In this document: positions 1 to 7,917 of the stretch, one piece after another | Layout: every line of letters starts with the position of its first letter | Numbering within the stretch: position 1 is the first letter of the stretch | Source of the DNA: an uncultured Alcanivoracaceae bacterium | GTDB taxonomy: Bacteria > Pseudomonadota > Gammaproteobacteria > Xanthomonadales > Marinicellaceae | DNA length: 60,487 nucleotides | Assembly (NCBI GenBank): GCA_947311585.1 | Contig: CAMZLQ010000038.1 | Span: forward strand, 1-60,487 | Direction of reading: 5' to 3' | Translations under genes and position numbers: made by a program | The notes under the pieces: generated by a model | Told to the model about the DNA's origin: nothing | Database searches by the model: none | The model's input: the letters and a program-made list of their open reading frames with translations, nothing else

Positions 1-1
1 A

Positions 2-184
2 AGAGAGGCTAAAGTATTGCGCATGCGTTTTGGTATCGACATGAACACCGATCACACGCTAGAAGAAGTGGGTAAACAATTTGATGTCACACGCGAACGC
101 ATTCGCCAAATCGAAGCTAAGGCTCTACGCAAATTACGCCACCCAAGCCGTTCAGAACTGCTGCGTGGGTTTATGAATTTGTAG
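2..184 (+). CDS. rpoD: RNA polymerase primary sigma factor RpoD, C-terminal fragment (gene starts upstream of window)
   Basis: Frame-2 translation [60 protein letters not shown] is the region 4.2 HTH of sigma-70 proteins. TAG at 182-184. Absent from the ORF track because it has no start codon inside the window. Confidence 0.9.
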   Translation, partial: REAKVLRMRFGIDMNTDHTLEEVGKQFDVTRERIRQIEAKALRKLRHPSRSELLRGFMNL

Positions 185-204
185 AAAAAGAAGTTTTTAA
201 CTAT

Positions 205-234
205 AAAAAAGCGGATTATTTATCCGCTTTTTTA
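205..234 (+). terminator. Rho-independent terminator after rpoD
   Basis: Stem GCGGAT (211-216) / ATCCGC (222-227) with a 5-nt loop, followed by a T-run at 228-233. An A-run lies on the 5' side. Confidence 0.8.
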
Positions 235-442
235 CGTCCTCTATAAGCAGTGCCAAATCGTAATTTTTTGACTTTCATAAAGTGCAATCCCAGCCCCAGC
301 CGTAGTACATCTCTTCATCTTCAAAAATAATAAAGACATCGTTTTTGTCATTCCAAATGATGTGAGACCATTTGGCGTTGGGAATTAAATCTTTGTTTTC
401 TTTAAACCATTTGGGAGTGGTTTTTTTTATTTTATATTTGGC

Positions 443-709
443 TTAATTCAATGAGACATTGTATAAATGGGTTGAAGTGAAGATTTCTTCTGCATCGGTT
501 TGACTCATGACTTCGCGTGCATGAAAAATGGTTTGCCAAAAAAAACCTAACGCCGATGTGTATTTTTCCTTTGTTGCTGAAACAAAGGTAATTGACTCCA
601 TAAAATCAGGAGTCCAGATTTTATGAAAATCATGCGAATGCAAAAGTACAGGTTCAGCAATAAGCTCACCGTCTTTTAGTAGTTTTTTTCCGTAATTGGC
701 TAGGCTCAT
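443..709 (-). CDS. hypothetical protein (88 aa); the frame continues in-frame beyond its TAA for 55 more codons
   Basis: ATG-initiated ORF with no family motif I recognise. TAA at 443-445 is followed in the same frame by AKYKIKKTTPKWFKENKDLIPNAKWSHIIWNDKNDVFIIFEDEEMYYGWGWDCTL and TGA at 275-277. Confidence 0.45.
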   Translation of the reverse strand: MSLANYGKKLLKDGELIAEPVLLHSHDFHKIWTPDFMESITFVSATKEKYTSALGFFWQTIFHAREVMSQTDAEEIFTSTHLYNVSLN

Positions 710-933
710 AATTTAGGTTTAATAAATAATGGTGAAATTTTACTTCGCCACTGTATTTCCACCAAGCAATTAGAATGTATTATAATAAAATAAAATAGCG
801 TCCTACACTCTGTAAAAGTATGATTTTCTATAGAAAGTCAATCCCTGCATAATAAGTTAAGAATCTTAGCTAGAAAAGTTTATCTTTGATTATTGTTTGA
901 TTTATCAACCCTGCTAGGTGTACTAAATACTTG

Positions 934-942
934 TGTTATAAT
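934..942 (+). promoter_or_regulatory. putative extended -10 promoter element upstream of nth
   Basis: TGtTATAAT at 934-942, 39 nt upstream of the nth ATG. The -35 is weak. Sequence pattern only. Confidence 0.3.
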
Positions 943-980
943 CCAGTTTTGTATAATGGGATTTAGCTCTTAGCATAAAA

Positions 981-1619
981 ATGAATAAACAAAAACGCAT
1001 CGAAATTTTTGAACGTTTCAAACGCATCAACCCCCATCCAACCACAGAACTAGAATATTCTTCACCTTTTGAACTGCTTATTGCCGTAATTTTATCAGCT
1101 CAAGCCACTGATGTAGGCGTCAATAAAGCCACTTCACGTTTGTATAAGGTTGCAAACACTCCGCAACAAATTTATGATTTAGGTTTGGAAACACTTAAAG
1201 AATATATCAAAACCATAGGCTTGTTTAATACCAAGGCTAAGAATGTGATAAAAACCTGTAAAATTCTTATTGATAAACACAATTCCATTGTTCCCGATAA
1301 CCGTAAGGATTTAGAAGCCTTGCCAGGAGTGGGTCGTAAAACTGCCAATGTTATTCTTAATACAGCATTTGGGCAACCGACTATGGCAGTTGACACGCAC
1401 ATTTTTCGTGTCTCAAGACGCACTAAAATTGCACACGGCAAAGATGTTTTACAAGTTGAAAAAAGCCTCCTACGTCTTATCCCTAATGACTACCTGATGG
1501 ATGCTCATCACTGGCTTATTCTTCACGGAAGGTACACTTGCAAAGCCCGAAAACCCAATTGCCAAGAATGTATTATTAGTGATTTGTGCGAATTTGATAA
1601 AATAAATTTAACTCTTTAA
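981..1619 (+). CDS. nth: endonuclease III (DNA-(apurinic or apyrimidinic site) lyase)
   Basis: 212 aa. HhH-GPD motif LPGVGRKTANVIL. Asp in AVDTHIFR. C-terminal 4Fe-4S ligands CKARKPNCQECIISDLC (C-X6-C-X2-C-X5-C). Confidence 0.95.
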   Translation: MNKQKRIEIFERFKRINPHPTTELEYSSPFELLIAVILSAQATDVGVNKATSRLYKVANTPQQIYDLGLETLKEYIKTIGLFNTKAKNVIKTCKILIDKHNSIVPDNRKDLEALPGVGRKTANVILNTAFGQPTMAVDTHIFRVSRRTKIAHGKDVLQVEKSLLRLIPNDYLMDAHHWLILHGRYTCKARKPNCQECIISDLCEFDKINLTL

Positions 1620-1673
1620 TAAACGTCTTTCTTAGTAAAAGAATGCAGTTCTCTCTATGCCACGAAAAACACC

Positions 1674-2303
1674 CTAATCATCTTCAAGATAGTTATAAAC
1701 TTTATAAATTGGAGTTTCCCGTTTGCGGTATAACCACGCAAGAAAAACCCCCACTAACAAACCAAAAAGATGAGACTCCCATGAGATGTGTGCTTTATTG
1801 GGGATAATACCGAAAACGAGTGAGCCATAGAGAAATACGATAACAAGGGATATACCTACCGATTGCATATCTTTGCGAATAAAACCACTGATGAAGATAA
1901 AGGTTAAGATAGCATAAAGTAAGCCACTTGCTCCTATATGATTGGCATTACGTGCAAACAACCAAACCATTGTTCCTGTTAGTATTATTGAATAAATAAA
2001 CACCTTTTTAGCAATTTTGGGGTAATTGCCAAAAAGAGCGGTTAAGGCGAGTAGTAAAGGCAAAGTATTGCTCATTAAATGCGACAGGCTGCCATGTAAA
2101 AATACCGTGGTGAATATACCGTATATCCTATTTAACTGACGTGGATGAATGCCATAACTATTTAGAGCGATAAAGGGCAGCAACTTGTCGATAAGAAAGA
2201 TTCCCCACATAAGAGCAACAAAATAAAGCCCTATTTTAAAGGCTTTAGGCCAAAGTTTTTTGCGCGTTAACGCATAATCTTCATCTAATTGCTGTATTCT
2301 CAT
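1674..2303 (-). CDS. rhomboid family intramembrane serine protease
   Basis: 209 aa polytopic membrane protein. FLHGSLSHLMSN (HxxxxHxxxN). Catalytic Ser context HIGASGLLYA. Catalytic His context SWESHLFGLLVG. Confidence 0.85.
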   Translation of the reverse strand: MRIQQLDEDYALTRKKLWPKAFKIGLYFVALMWGIFLIDKLLPFIALNSYGIHPRQLNRIYGIFTTVFLHGSLSHLMSNTLPLLLALTALFGNYPKIAKKVFIYSIILTGTMVWLFARNANHIGASGLLYAILTFIFISGFIRKDMQSVGISLVIVFLYGSLVFGIIPNKAHISWESHLFGLLVGVFLAWLYRKRETPIYKVYNYLEDD

Positions 2304-2317
2304 GGATTAATTCAACC

Positions 2318-3817
2318 TTAATATCGTCGCCTTCTGGTATTTTCTGCTTGAATTTCACGGTTCCGTTCTTCGTTTGTTATTAAATTTTCAAAGGTACTAA
2401 TTTTGGCTTCTATTCTGGCTCTTTGGTAATAGTCCAGCTCTTGTTTGAGAATATTTTTTAATATTCTGACTGCTCGATAGTTATTGTGAATTTTATGTTC
2501 TTTCATTGCCAATGCCTCGTTGGCTTCTATGCTTTTACCTAAGTTTTGATTAGCAATGGCAAGAATTTCATAATAATTTGGTTTTTCAGGATGCAGTTGC
2601 ACCAGTTTACGAGCAAGCCTTCTGGCTTTTTTTCTGTCATCAAAACCTCTGCTGTTTGAGAGCATTTGTATATAAGGTTCAATAACAACAGGACTTTCAG
2701 GGTAGGACTTGTATAATTCTTCAAACATCTGCTTGCCTTTTTTTCGATTAAGTTCTGCGGTGATATTGGCTTGTAATAGGTTGATGACCAGTTGCGTTTG
2801 ATTGCTTCTTTTTATTTTCTGAACAATTTTTAACGCTTTTTTATTTTCATGAGCGTAGTGCAATGACAATGCGTAGCCATACTGTTGGGCAGGAGTGATT
2901 TCTGATGTTTTCTTTTCTGCATAGAGTTTTCGGTAATAGCTGGTATTATCAATTTCTATAGTTTTGGTTAAGACACGCAGGCGTTCTTTGACAAAATCAT
3001 ACAGTTCAGATTCTTTAATTTCTTTTCCTGCACTTGCGTGGGCTCGATTTTTAGCTTCGGTAACGCGATTAATTGACAAAGGGTGCGTTCGCAAGTACTC
3101 TGGCAATTGATAGCGTTCATCGCTGGGTTTTTCTCGCATTAATTTTTCAAAAAAACTTGCCATCCCCATCGGGTTATAATGGGCTTTTTCTAGGTTTTTA
3201 ATGCCAACTCGATCGGCTTCGTATTCATGTGCTCTGGTAAAATTTATCATGGATTGTTGTTGCAATGCTTGTACACCAACCGCAATGGCAACAGGTGCAT
3301 CGCGTGAGTCGCTATATCGAGCCGCAGCAACAGCTCCTAACATGCCAAGTATCACAGGAATAGTATTCTTTTTAGCATCTGCATAAAATCGAGACATGTG
3401 TCGCTGAGTTGCATGGGCAATCTCATGCGCCATTACGCTGGCGAGTTCACTTTCTGACTCCGTACGCAAAAATAATCCACTGTACATGATAATTAATCCA
3501 CCTGGATAAGTGGAGGCGTTAACGATGTTTTCATTAACAACAAAGAAATCGAAAGGTGCTTTAGGGTTTTCTGAGTAAACCGCTAATCCAAAACCCAATT
3601 TTTCGATATAATCTGCCACAATTGGATCAAGCATAACTAAGTCGTACTCGTATATTTGTTGGATAATGGAATCTCTAATCTCTTTTTCTTTAACGGGTGA
3701 TAAGACGGAATCAGAAGGCGTACCTAGATCGGGCAAGTTAATATCATTGGCTTGACTCCCTAAACTGGTGAGGTTTAGAGTAATTGCGAGCACACTTAGC
3801 GTGATTATTTTCATCAT
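2318..3817 (-). CDS. bepA: periplasmic M48 family metalloprotease with C-terminal TPR region (BepA/YfgC-like)
   Basis: 499 aa with a signal peptide (MMKIITLSVLAITLNLTSLGSQA). HEIAH zincin motif. Helical TPR-like C-terminal half. Lies 14 nt upstream of the rhomboid gene on the same strand. Confidence 0.75.
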   Translation of the reverse strand: MMKIITLSVLAITLNLTSLGSQANDINLPDLGTPSDSVLSPVKEKEIRDSIIQQIYEYDLVMLDPIVADYIEKLGFGLAVYSENPKAPFDFFVVNENIVNASTYPGGLIIMYSGLFLRTESESELASVMAHEIAHATQRHMSRFYADAKKNTIPVILGMLGAVAAARYSDSRDAPVAIAVGVQALQQQSMINFTRAHEYEADRVGIKNLEKAHYNPMGMASFFEKLMREKPSDERYQLPEYLRTHPLSINRVTEAKNRAHASAGKEIKESELYDFVKERLRVLTKTIEIDNTSYYRKLYAEKKTSEITPAQQYGYALSLHYAHENKKALKIVQKIKRSNQTQLVINLLQANITAELNRKKGKQMFEELYKSYPESPVVIEPYIQMLSNSRGFDDRKKARRLARKLVQLHPEKPNYYEILAIANQNLGKSIEANEALAMKEHKIHNNYRAVRILKNILKQELDYYQRARIEAKISTFENLITNEERNREIQAENTRRRRY

Positions 3818-3892
3818 GATGAGTTTTTTTACTTAGTTTTTATCTATTCTATCTATCTGACAGGTAATTTTGTGTTAAATTGCAAAATTATT

Positions 3893-4216
3893 ATGAAATA
3901 TTCAATTTTTATTAACCCCAAAAGTCAAAACTCTTCTGCCATTATACAAGCGTATGAGTTTGTACAAGCCATCAGAGAGGATAAATTTGAACACATCAGC
4001 GTTTTCTTTTACGGTTATGCGGTCAAATGTGCCTTTTACAATGGCTGCCAGTGGAAAATGGTCAACAATTCTAGCATATCGCTATATGCTTGTTCGACAA
4101 TCGCACAAGAGTTTTTAACCAAGAATCAAAAAGTTCATGAAAATTTTACCATTGCAGGACTTGGGCAATGGTTAGATTCCACCCTTAAAGCTGATAAAAA
4201 CATTGAATTCATATGA
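3893..4216 (+). CDS. tusD: sulfurtransferase complex subunit TusD (DsrE family)
   Basis: ATG 3893 (MKYSIFINP) preferred over GTG 3872. Family motifs VFFYGYAV, conserved Cys in LYACSTIA, GLGQWLDS...IEF C-terminus. Confidence 0.75.
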   Translation: MKYSIFINPKSQNSSAIIQAYEFVQAIREDKFEHISVFFYGYAVKCAFYNGCQWKMVNNSSISLYACSTIAQEFLTKNQKVHENFTIAGLGQWLDSTLKADKNIEFI

Positions 4217-4503
4217 AAGCACTGGCATTAGTTACTGACAATAATGATAAGCAAATCAAGTGGTTATTTGACCGGGTTTTGGCTATGATAGCTTACGATA
4301 TTGATTTGAGAATTGTTTTTATCAATGAAGGTTGCAAGCAATTAATCGAAAATAAAATATGGAAAGCCTTACCGATGTATGGAGTCGATGAGATTTATGA
4401 TTTTGATGCAATTATACAGAAAAACGAGTCTCTGTTGCGTAGCGAAAGTATTTCCTCAACAGAATTAAGGTTGATGGTAGCCCAAGCGGATATTGTTTTA
4501 TGA
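4213..4503 (+). CDS. tusC: sulfurtransferase complex subunit TusC (DsrF family)
   Basis: 96 aa. ATGA start/stop overlap with tusD. Assigned by position and size in the conserved tusDCB order; direct motif support is weak. Confidence 0.6.
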   Translation: MKALALVTDNNDKQIKWLFDRVLAMIAYDIDLRIVFINEGCKQLIENKIWKALPMYGVDEIYDFDAIIQKNESLLRSESISSTELRLMVAQADIVL

Positions 4504-4763
4504 CTATCCAAACCCTACACCTATGCAACCTAGATGAGGTTGCTAATTTAGAGCCTTATTGGTTGATGGTTTGTCCGCATGATCAAATTATATTCTACGC
4601 TCACTCAATTAATAAAGAACAATACAAAACACTTGATAAACATCTGCCTTTAACAAAGAAGCACTACCAGAGCAAGCTAGAAAATAAGGCAATTAGCAAT
4701 ATTACGATGGAAAAATGGCTGCAACTGGTTAACACCTCAAACAAAGTAATAACATGGAAATAG
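4500..4763 (+). CDS. tusB: sulfurtransferase complex subunit TusB (DsrH family)
   Basis: 87 aa. ATGA overlap with tusC. Third gene of the tusDCB-type triplet. Confidence 0.55.
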   Translation: MTIQTLHLCNLDEVANLEPYWLMVCPHDQIIFYAHSINKEQYKTLDKHLPLTKKHYQSKLENKAISNITMEKWLQLVNTSNKVITWK

Positions 4764-5074
4764 ATAAAATTAAATTAGATAATAATGGGCATTTTCAGGA
4801 TTACCGTTTATGGAATAAAATTTTGGGAGAACAACTGGCTCAACGCGATGGCATGGCTTTAACTGATGAACACTGGCAAATCATTAAATTAGTGAGAAAG
4901 ATTTATCTTGAAACAGAAACCACTCCGCCCATGCGTCTATTAGTAAAAGCCATTAAAATCAATATCAATGAAGAATCAGCTAATTCTCGGCATTTATATC
5001 GGTTATTTCCTGATGGCCCTGTTCGCTTAGCAAGCAAGTATGCAGGCCTACCAAAACCTAAGCATTGCATGTGA
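4754..5074 (+). CDS. tusE: TusE/DsrC family sulfur relay protein
   Basis: 106 aa. C-terminus YAGLPKPKHCM has the conserved penultimate-region Cys of TusE/DsrC and lacks the second upstream Cys of true DsrC. Overlaps tusB by 10 nt. Confidence 0.75.
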   Translation: MEIDKIKLDNNGHFQDYRLWNKILGEQLAQRDGMALTDEHWQIIKLVRKIYLETETTPPMRLLVKAIKININEESANSRHLYRLFPDGPVRLASKYAGLPKPKHCM

Positions 5075-5076
5075 AA

Positions 5077-7917
5077 TTAAACTAATTTTTTTATTTCTGC
5101 ATAAGGAAGGGCTTTACTTACCAAAAAACCTTGAAAATATTCGCATCCAATTGATTTTAATAATTCGAACTGTTCATCCGTCTCTACTCCTTCTGCAACT
5201 ACAACCAAATTGAGCTTATGAGCCATGGATACAATTGTCTCAATAAGAACTTCCGATGAATTTTCTTTTTTAAGACTTTGTATGAATGATTTATCAATTT
5301 TTAACATATCAATCGGCATTTTTGTTAAGTACTTAAGTGATGAATATCCTGAACCAAAGTCATCAATGGCCAAATTGATGCCTAATTTCTTTAATTTATA
5401 TAATTTATCTAGAGCATCATCAAAATCTTCTATAGCTATTGATTCGGTTAATTCTAAAGTAATTAAACTGGTGTCAATTGCATGTTTGTCTGAATATTTC
5501 TCAATAACTTCGACTATTTTAGTGTGGCGAAATTGAAATAAACTAACATTAATTGAGATAGGTAAGATAAACTCATTTTCTTTTAACCGATTACTAATGC
5601 AACTAAATACACAGTCAAAAATCCATTCATTTAGTTCAATAATTATCCCTGAGTCTTCGGCAATACCTATAAAAGAATCAGGCAATACTAATCCATCTTC
5701 AGGGTGTTCCCAACGGATAAGGGCTTCTAATCGGCACACCTCCTTATTTTGGTTAAAGATGGGTTGGTAATACATCTTAAATTCATTTTTTATAAAGGCT
5801 TGCTTTAATAACTCTTCGGTCCGCAATAATAAGTTTGCCTGCTCTTGCATAGGTTCTTCAAAGAAACTGAGCTCCCCTGCTCCTCTTGATTTTGAAGCAT
5901 ACATGGAAATATCAGCTTGTTGAATTATCTCATCAGGGTCACTCGCACCCGTTGGAAACAAACTGATGCCAATACTAAATGAAGTATGAAAACTATATCC
6001 ATCTATAATAAAAGCCTCCTTCATTCCTTTTATGATTTTATTGGCGACACTTTTAGCATTGAGCTTAAACTTTGGTAAGTCAACAGCTTTATTTTGCAAT
6101 AAAATAACAAATTCATCTCCGCCAAAACGAGAACAAACATCCCCTTTCCTTATAATTTTAGTCAACCTCACGGAAATTTTCTTTAATAATTCATCGCCAA
6201 AATGATGACCCATTGAATCATTCAGCACTTTAAATCTATCTAAATCCAAATACAATACCGCGCCATATAGAGTCTTTTTTTGTGCCTCCTGTATTGCTTC
6301 TTTTAAAGAGAGCATAAAACTTTGACGATTGGGCAAGTTTGTCATGCTATCAAAATAGGCTAATTGCTTTATCTTTTGTTCATTTTCTTCATCTTTAGTA
6401 ACATCAATTTTAATTCCTAAGAGCTCTATCGAGTCTTCTTTCTTATTGTAATGAGGCGTGACAAAATCCTTCAACCAAACAAGATCACCATTTTTACGTT
6501 GGGCTCGGTATTTAAGCTCAAATTTCTGTAAAGAACGAGCACCATTAAAATAAATTGTATCAACGGATTCCACATCTCTTGAGTCAACTATTTTAGTTCT
6601 AACGGTATTCAAATCCATTAACTCTTCTAGTTTAAAACCCATGATTTTTTCAGCTTCCTCGCTTATAAAATCGAGCTTAGAATTACCCAGTGTGTGTTTC
6701 CAAAATATTACGGGTAAAACTTCTACCATTTGTTTGTATTTTTCTTCACTTGCCTTTAGATTTTTATTGAGTGATTCAATTTTTTTAGTTCGTTGTTCAA
6801 CCCGTTTATTTATAAGAATGGAGTTACCTGTGATAACCAACAAGCCTGACTCAAGAAAAGAGATGAATAAAAATCCAATAGATAATAACCACCAAATCAA
6901 CCACGAAGAATATTTCAAGTAAAAACTCGACTTTGCTGTAACTTCAAAAACCCATTTGTGATTAAAAAATGAAAAAGCGGTCTTTACTTTTGAAAAGTGA
7001 TTTGTTTTGGCTGATTTTGGGGTTTCAAATACGGATTTATTCTCATTTTCATAATGTGATAATATCTTTATATTTATATCTTCCAATTCAAGTTGTTTTA
7101 TAACGCTTGGAGAATGCTCTGTTAAAAAGTCATCTAATAAATTGATGGCTTCTTCATTAGCCAGTTTGTGTAAGTTTTTTGTCTTTTGAGAATACTCAAA
7201 TAAGATATTATTTGAAAAGTATTCTGCTTGAGTTTCAAGCTTATCATGAATGCGTTGTGCTTCAACTTTTTTTATGTTTAATGCTACAACAATCAATAAC
7301 ACAAATGAAATAATAACAGGAATAAAAGTCAAGTAAAACCTATTCCACCAAAGTGTCCGAGGCTTTTTAAAAAGCACAAACATAAGTGGTAAAACAATAT
7401 AAATACCAACATTATCGCCAAACCACCACGCACTGTAATTTATTAAGAACAAATCGGAGTTAAGTAAACCACTTTGTGTCAATACACAAGTTGACAGAAA
7501 CGCAGTGAGTGTAACAGGAATAATGGCTGAAAATAAACACAAACGAATGATTGACTTTAAAGTAAGTAATGTATTGCCTCTACCAACATATTTATTAACC
7601 AAATATGCACCTAACACACTGCGAATAACTGCTGAAAGGAGCAAAGCAATATAGGAAAATAAAAGCGAATTTTCACTGGATAGAGTATCCAATTCGTAAA
7701 ATTGGAAATTTATCAAGAACTCCCCAATAACAATAGCAGGAATGTAACGATAACCGAATAATAAAATTACACCGACCCCCACTCCAGCAGCTGGCCAAAC
7801 TGGTGCAGCATAAGTAGGAGGAAGAAGCAGGGGTTGAACCAACAAACCAAAACCATAATAAACCAGTGCAATTATCGCACTTGTGATTATAAACTTGGTT
7901 GTTGAATTAATTGTCAA
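5077..7917 (-). CDS. MASE1-PAS-GGDEF-EAL membrane protein (putative bifunctional diguanylate cyclase/phosphodiesterase)
   Basis: 946 aa. About 8 N-terminal TM helices (MASE1-like) and a PAS region. Intact RFGGDEFVILL. EAL domain with EALIRW, DDFGSGYSSL, KIDKSF, EGVET. Its start overlaps the upstream gene's stop by 11 nt. Confidence 0.9.
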   Translation of the reverse strand: MTINSTTKFIITSAIIALVYYGFGLLVQPLLLPPTYAAPVWPAAGVGVGVILLFGYRYIPAIVIGEFLINFQFYELDTLSSENSLLFSYIALLLSAVIRSVLGAYLVNKYVGRGNTLLTLKSIIRLCLFSAIIPVTLTAFLSTCVLTQSGLLNSDLFLINYSAWWFGDNVGIYIVLPLMFVLFKKPRTLWWNRFYLTFIPVIISFVLLIVVALNIKKVEAQRIHDKLETQAEYFSNNILFEYSQKTKNLHKLANEEAINLLDDFLTEHSPSVIKQLELEDINIKILSHYENENKSVFETPKSAKTNHFSKVKTAFSFFNHKWVFEVTAKSSFYLKYSSWLIWWLLSIGFLFISFLESGLLVITGNSILINKRVEQRTKKIESLNKNLKASEEKYKQMVEVLPVIFWKHTLGNSKLDFISEEAEKIMGFKLEELMDLNTVRTKIVDSRDVESVDTIYFNGARSLQKFELKYRAQRKNGDLVWLKDFVTPHYNKKEDSIELLGIKIDVTKDEENEQKIKQLAYFDSMTNLPNRQSFMLSLKEAIQEAQKKTLYGAVLYLDLDRFKVLNDSMGHHFGDELLKKISVRLTKIIRKGDVCSRFGGDEFVILLQNKAVDLPKFKLNAKSVANKIIKGMKEAFIIDGYSFHTSFSIGISLFPTGASDPDEIIQQADISMYASKSRGAGELSFFEEPMQEQANLLLRTEELLKQAFIKNEFKMYYQPIFNQNKEVCRLEALIRWEHPEDGLVLPDSFIGIAEDSGIIIELNEWIFDCVFSCISNRLKENEFILPISINVSLFQFRHTKIVEVIEKYSDKHAIDTSLITLELTESIAIEDFDDALDKLYKLKKLGINLAIDDFGSGYSSLKYLTKMPIDMLKIDKSFIQSLKKENSSEVLIETIVSMAHKLNLVVVAEGVETDEQFELLKSIGCEYFQGFLVSKALPYAEIKKLV

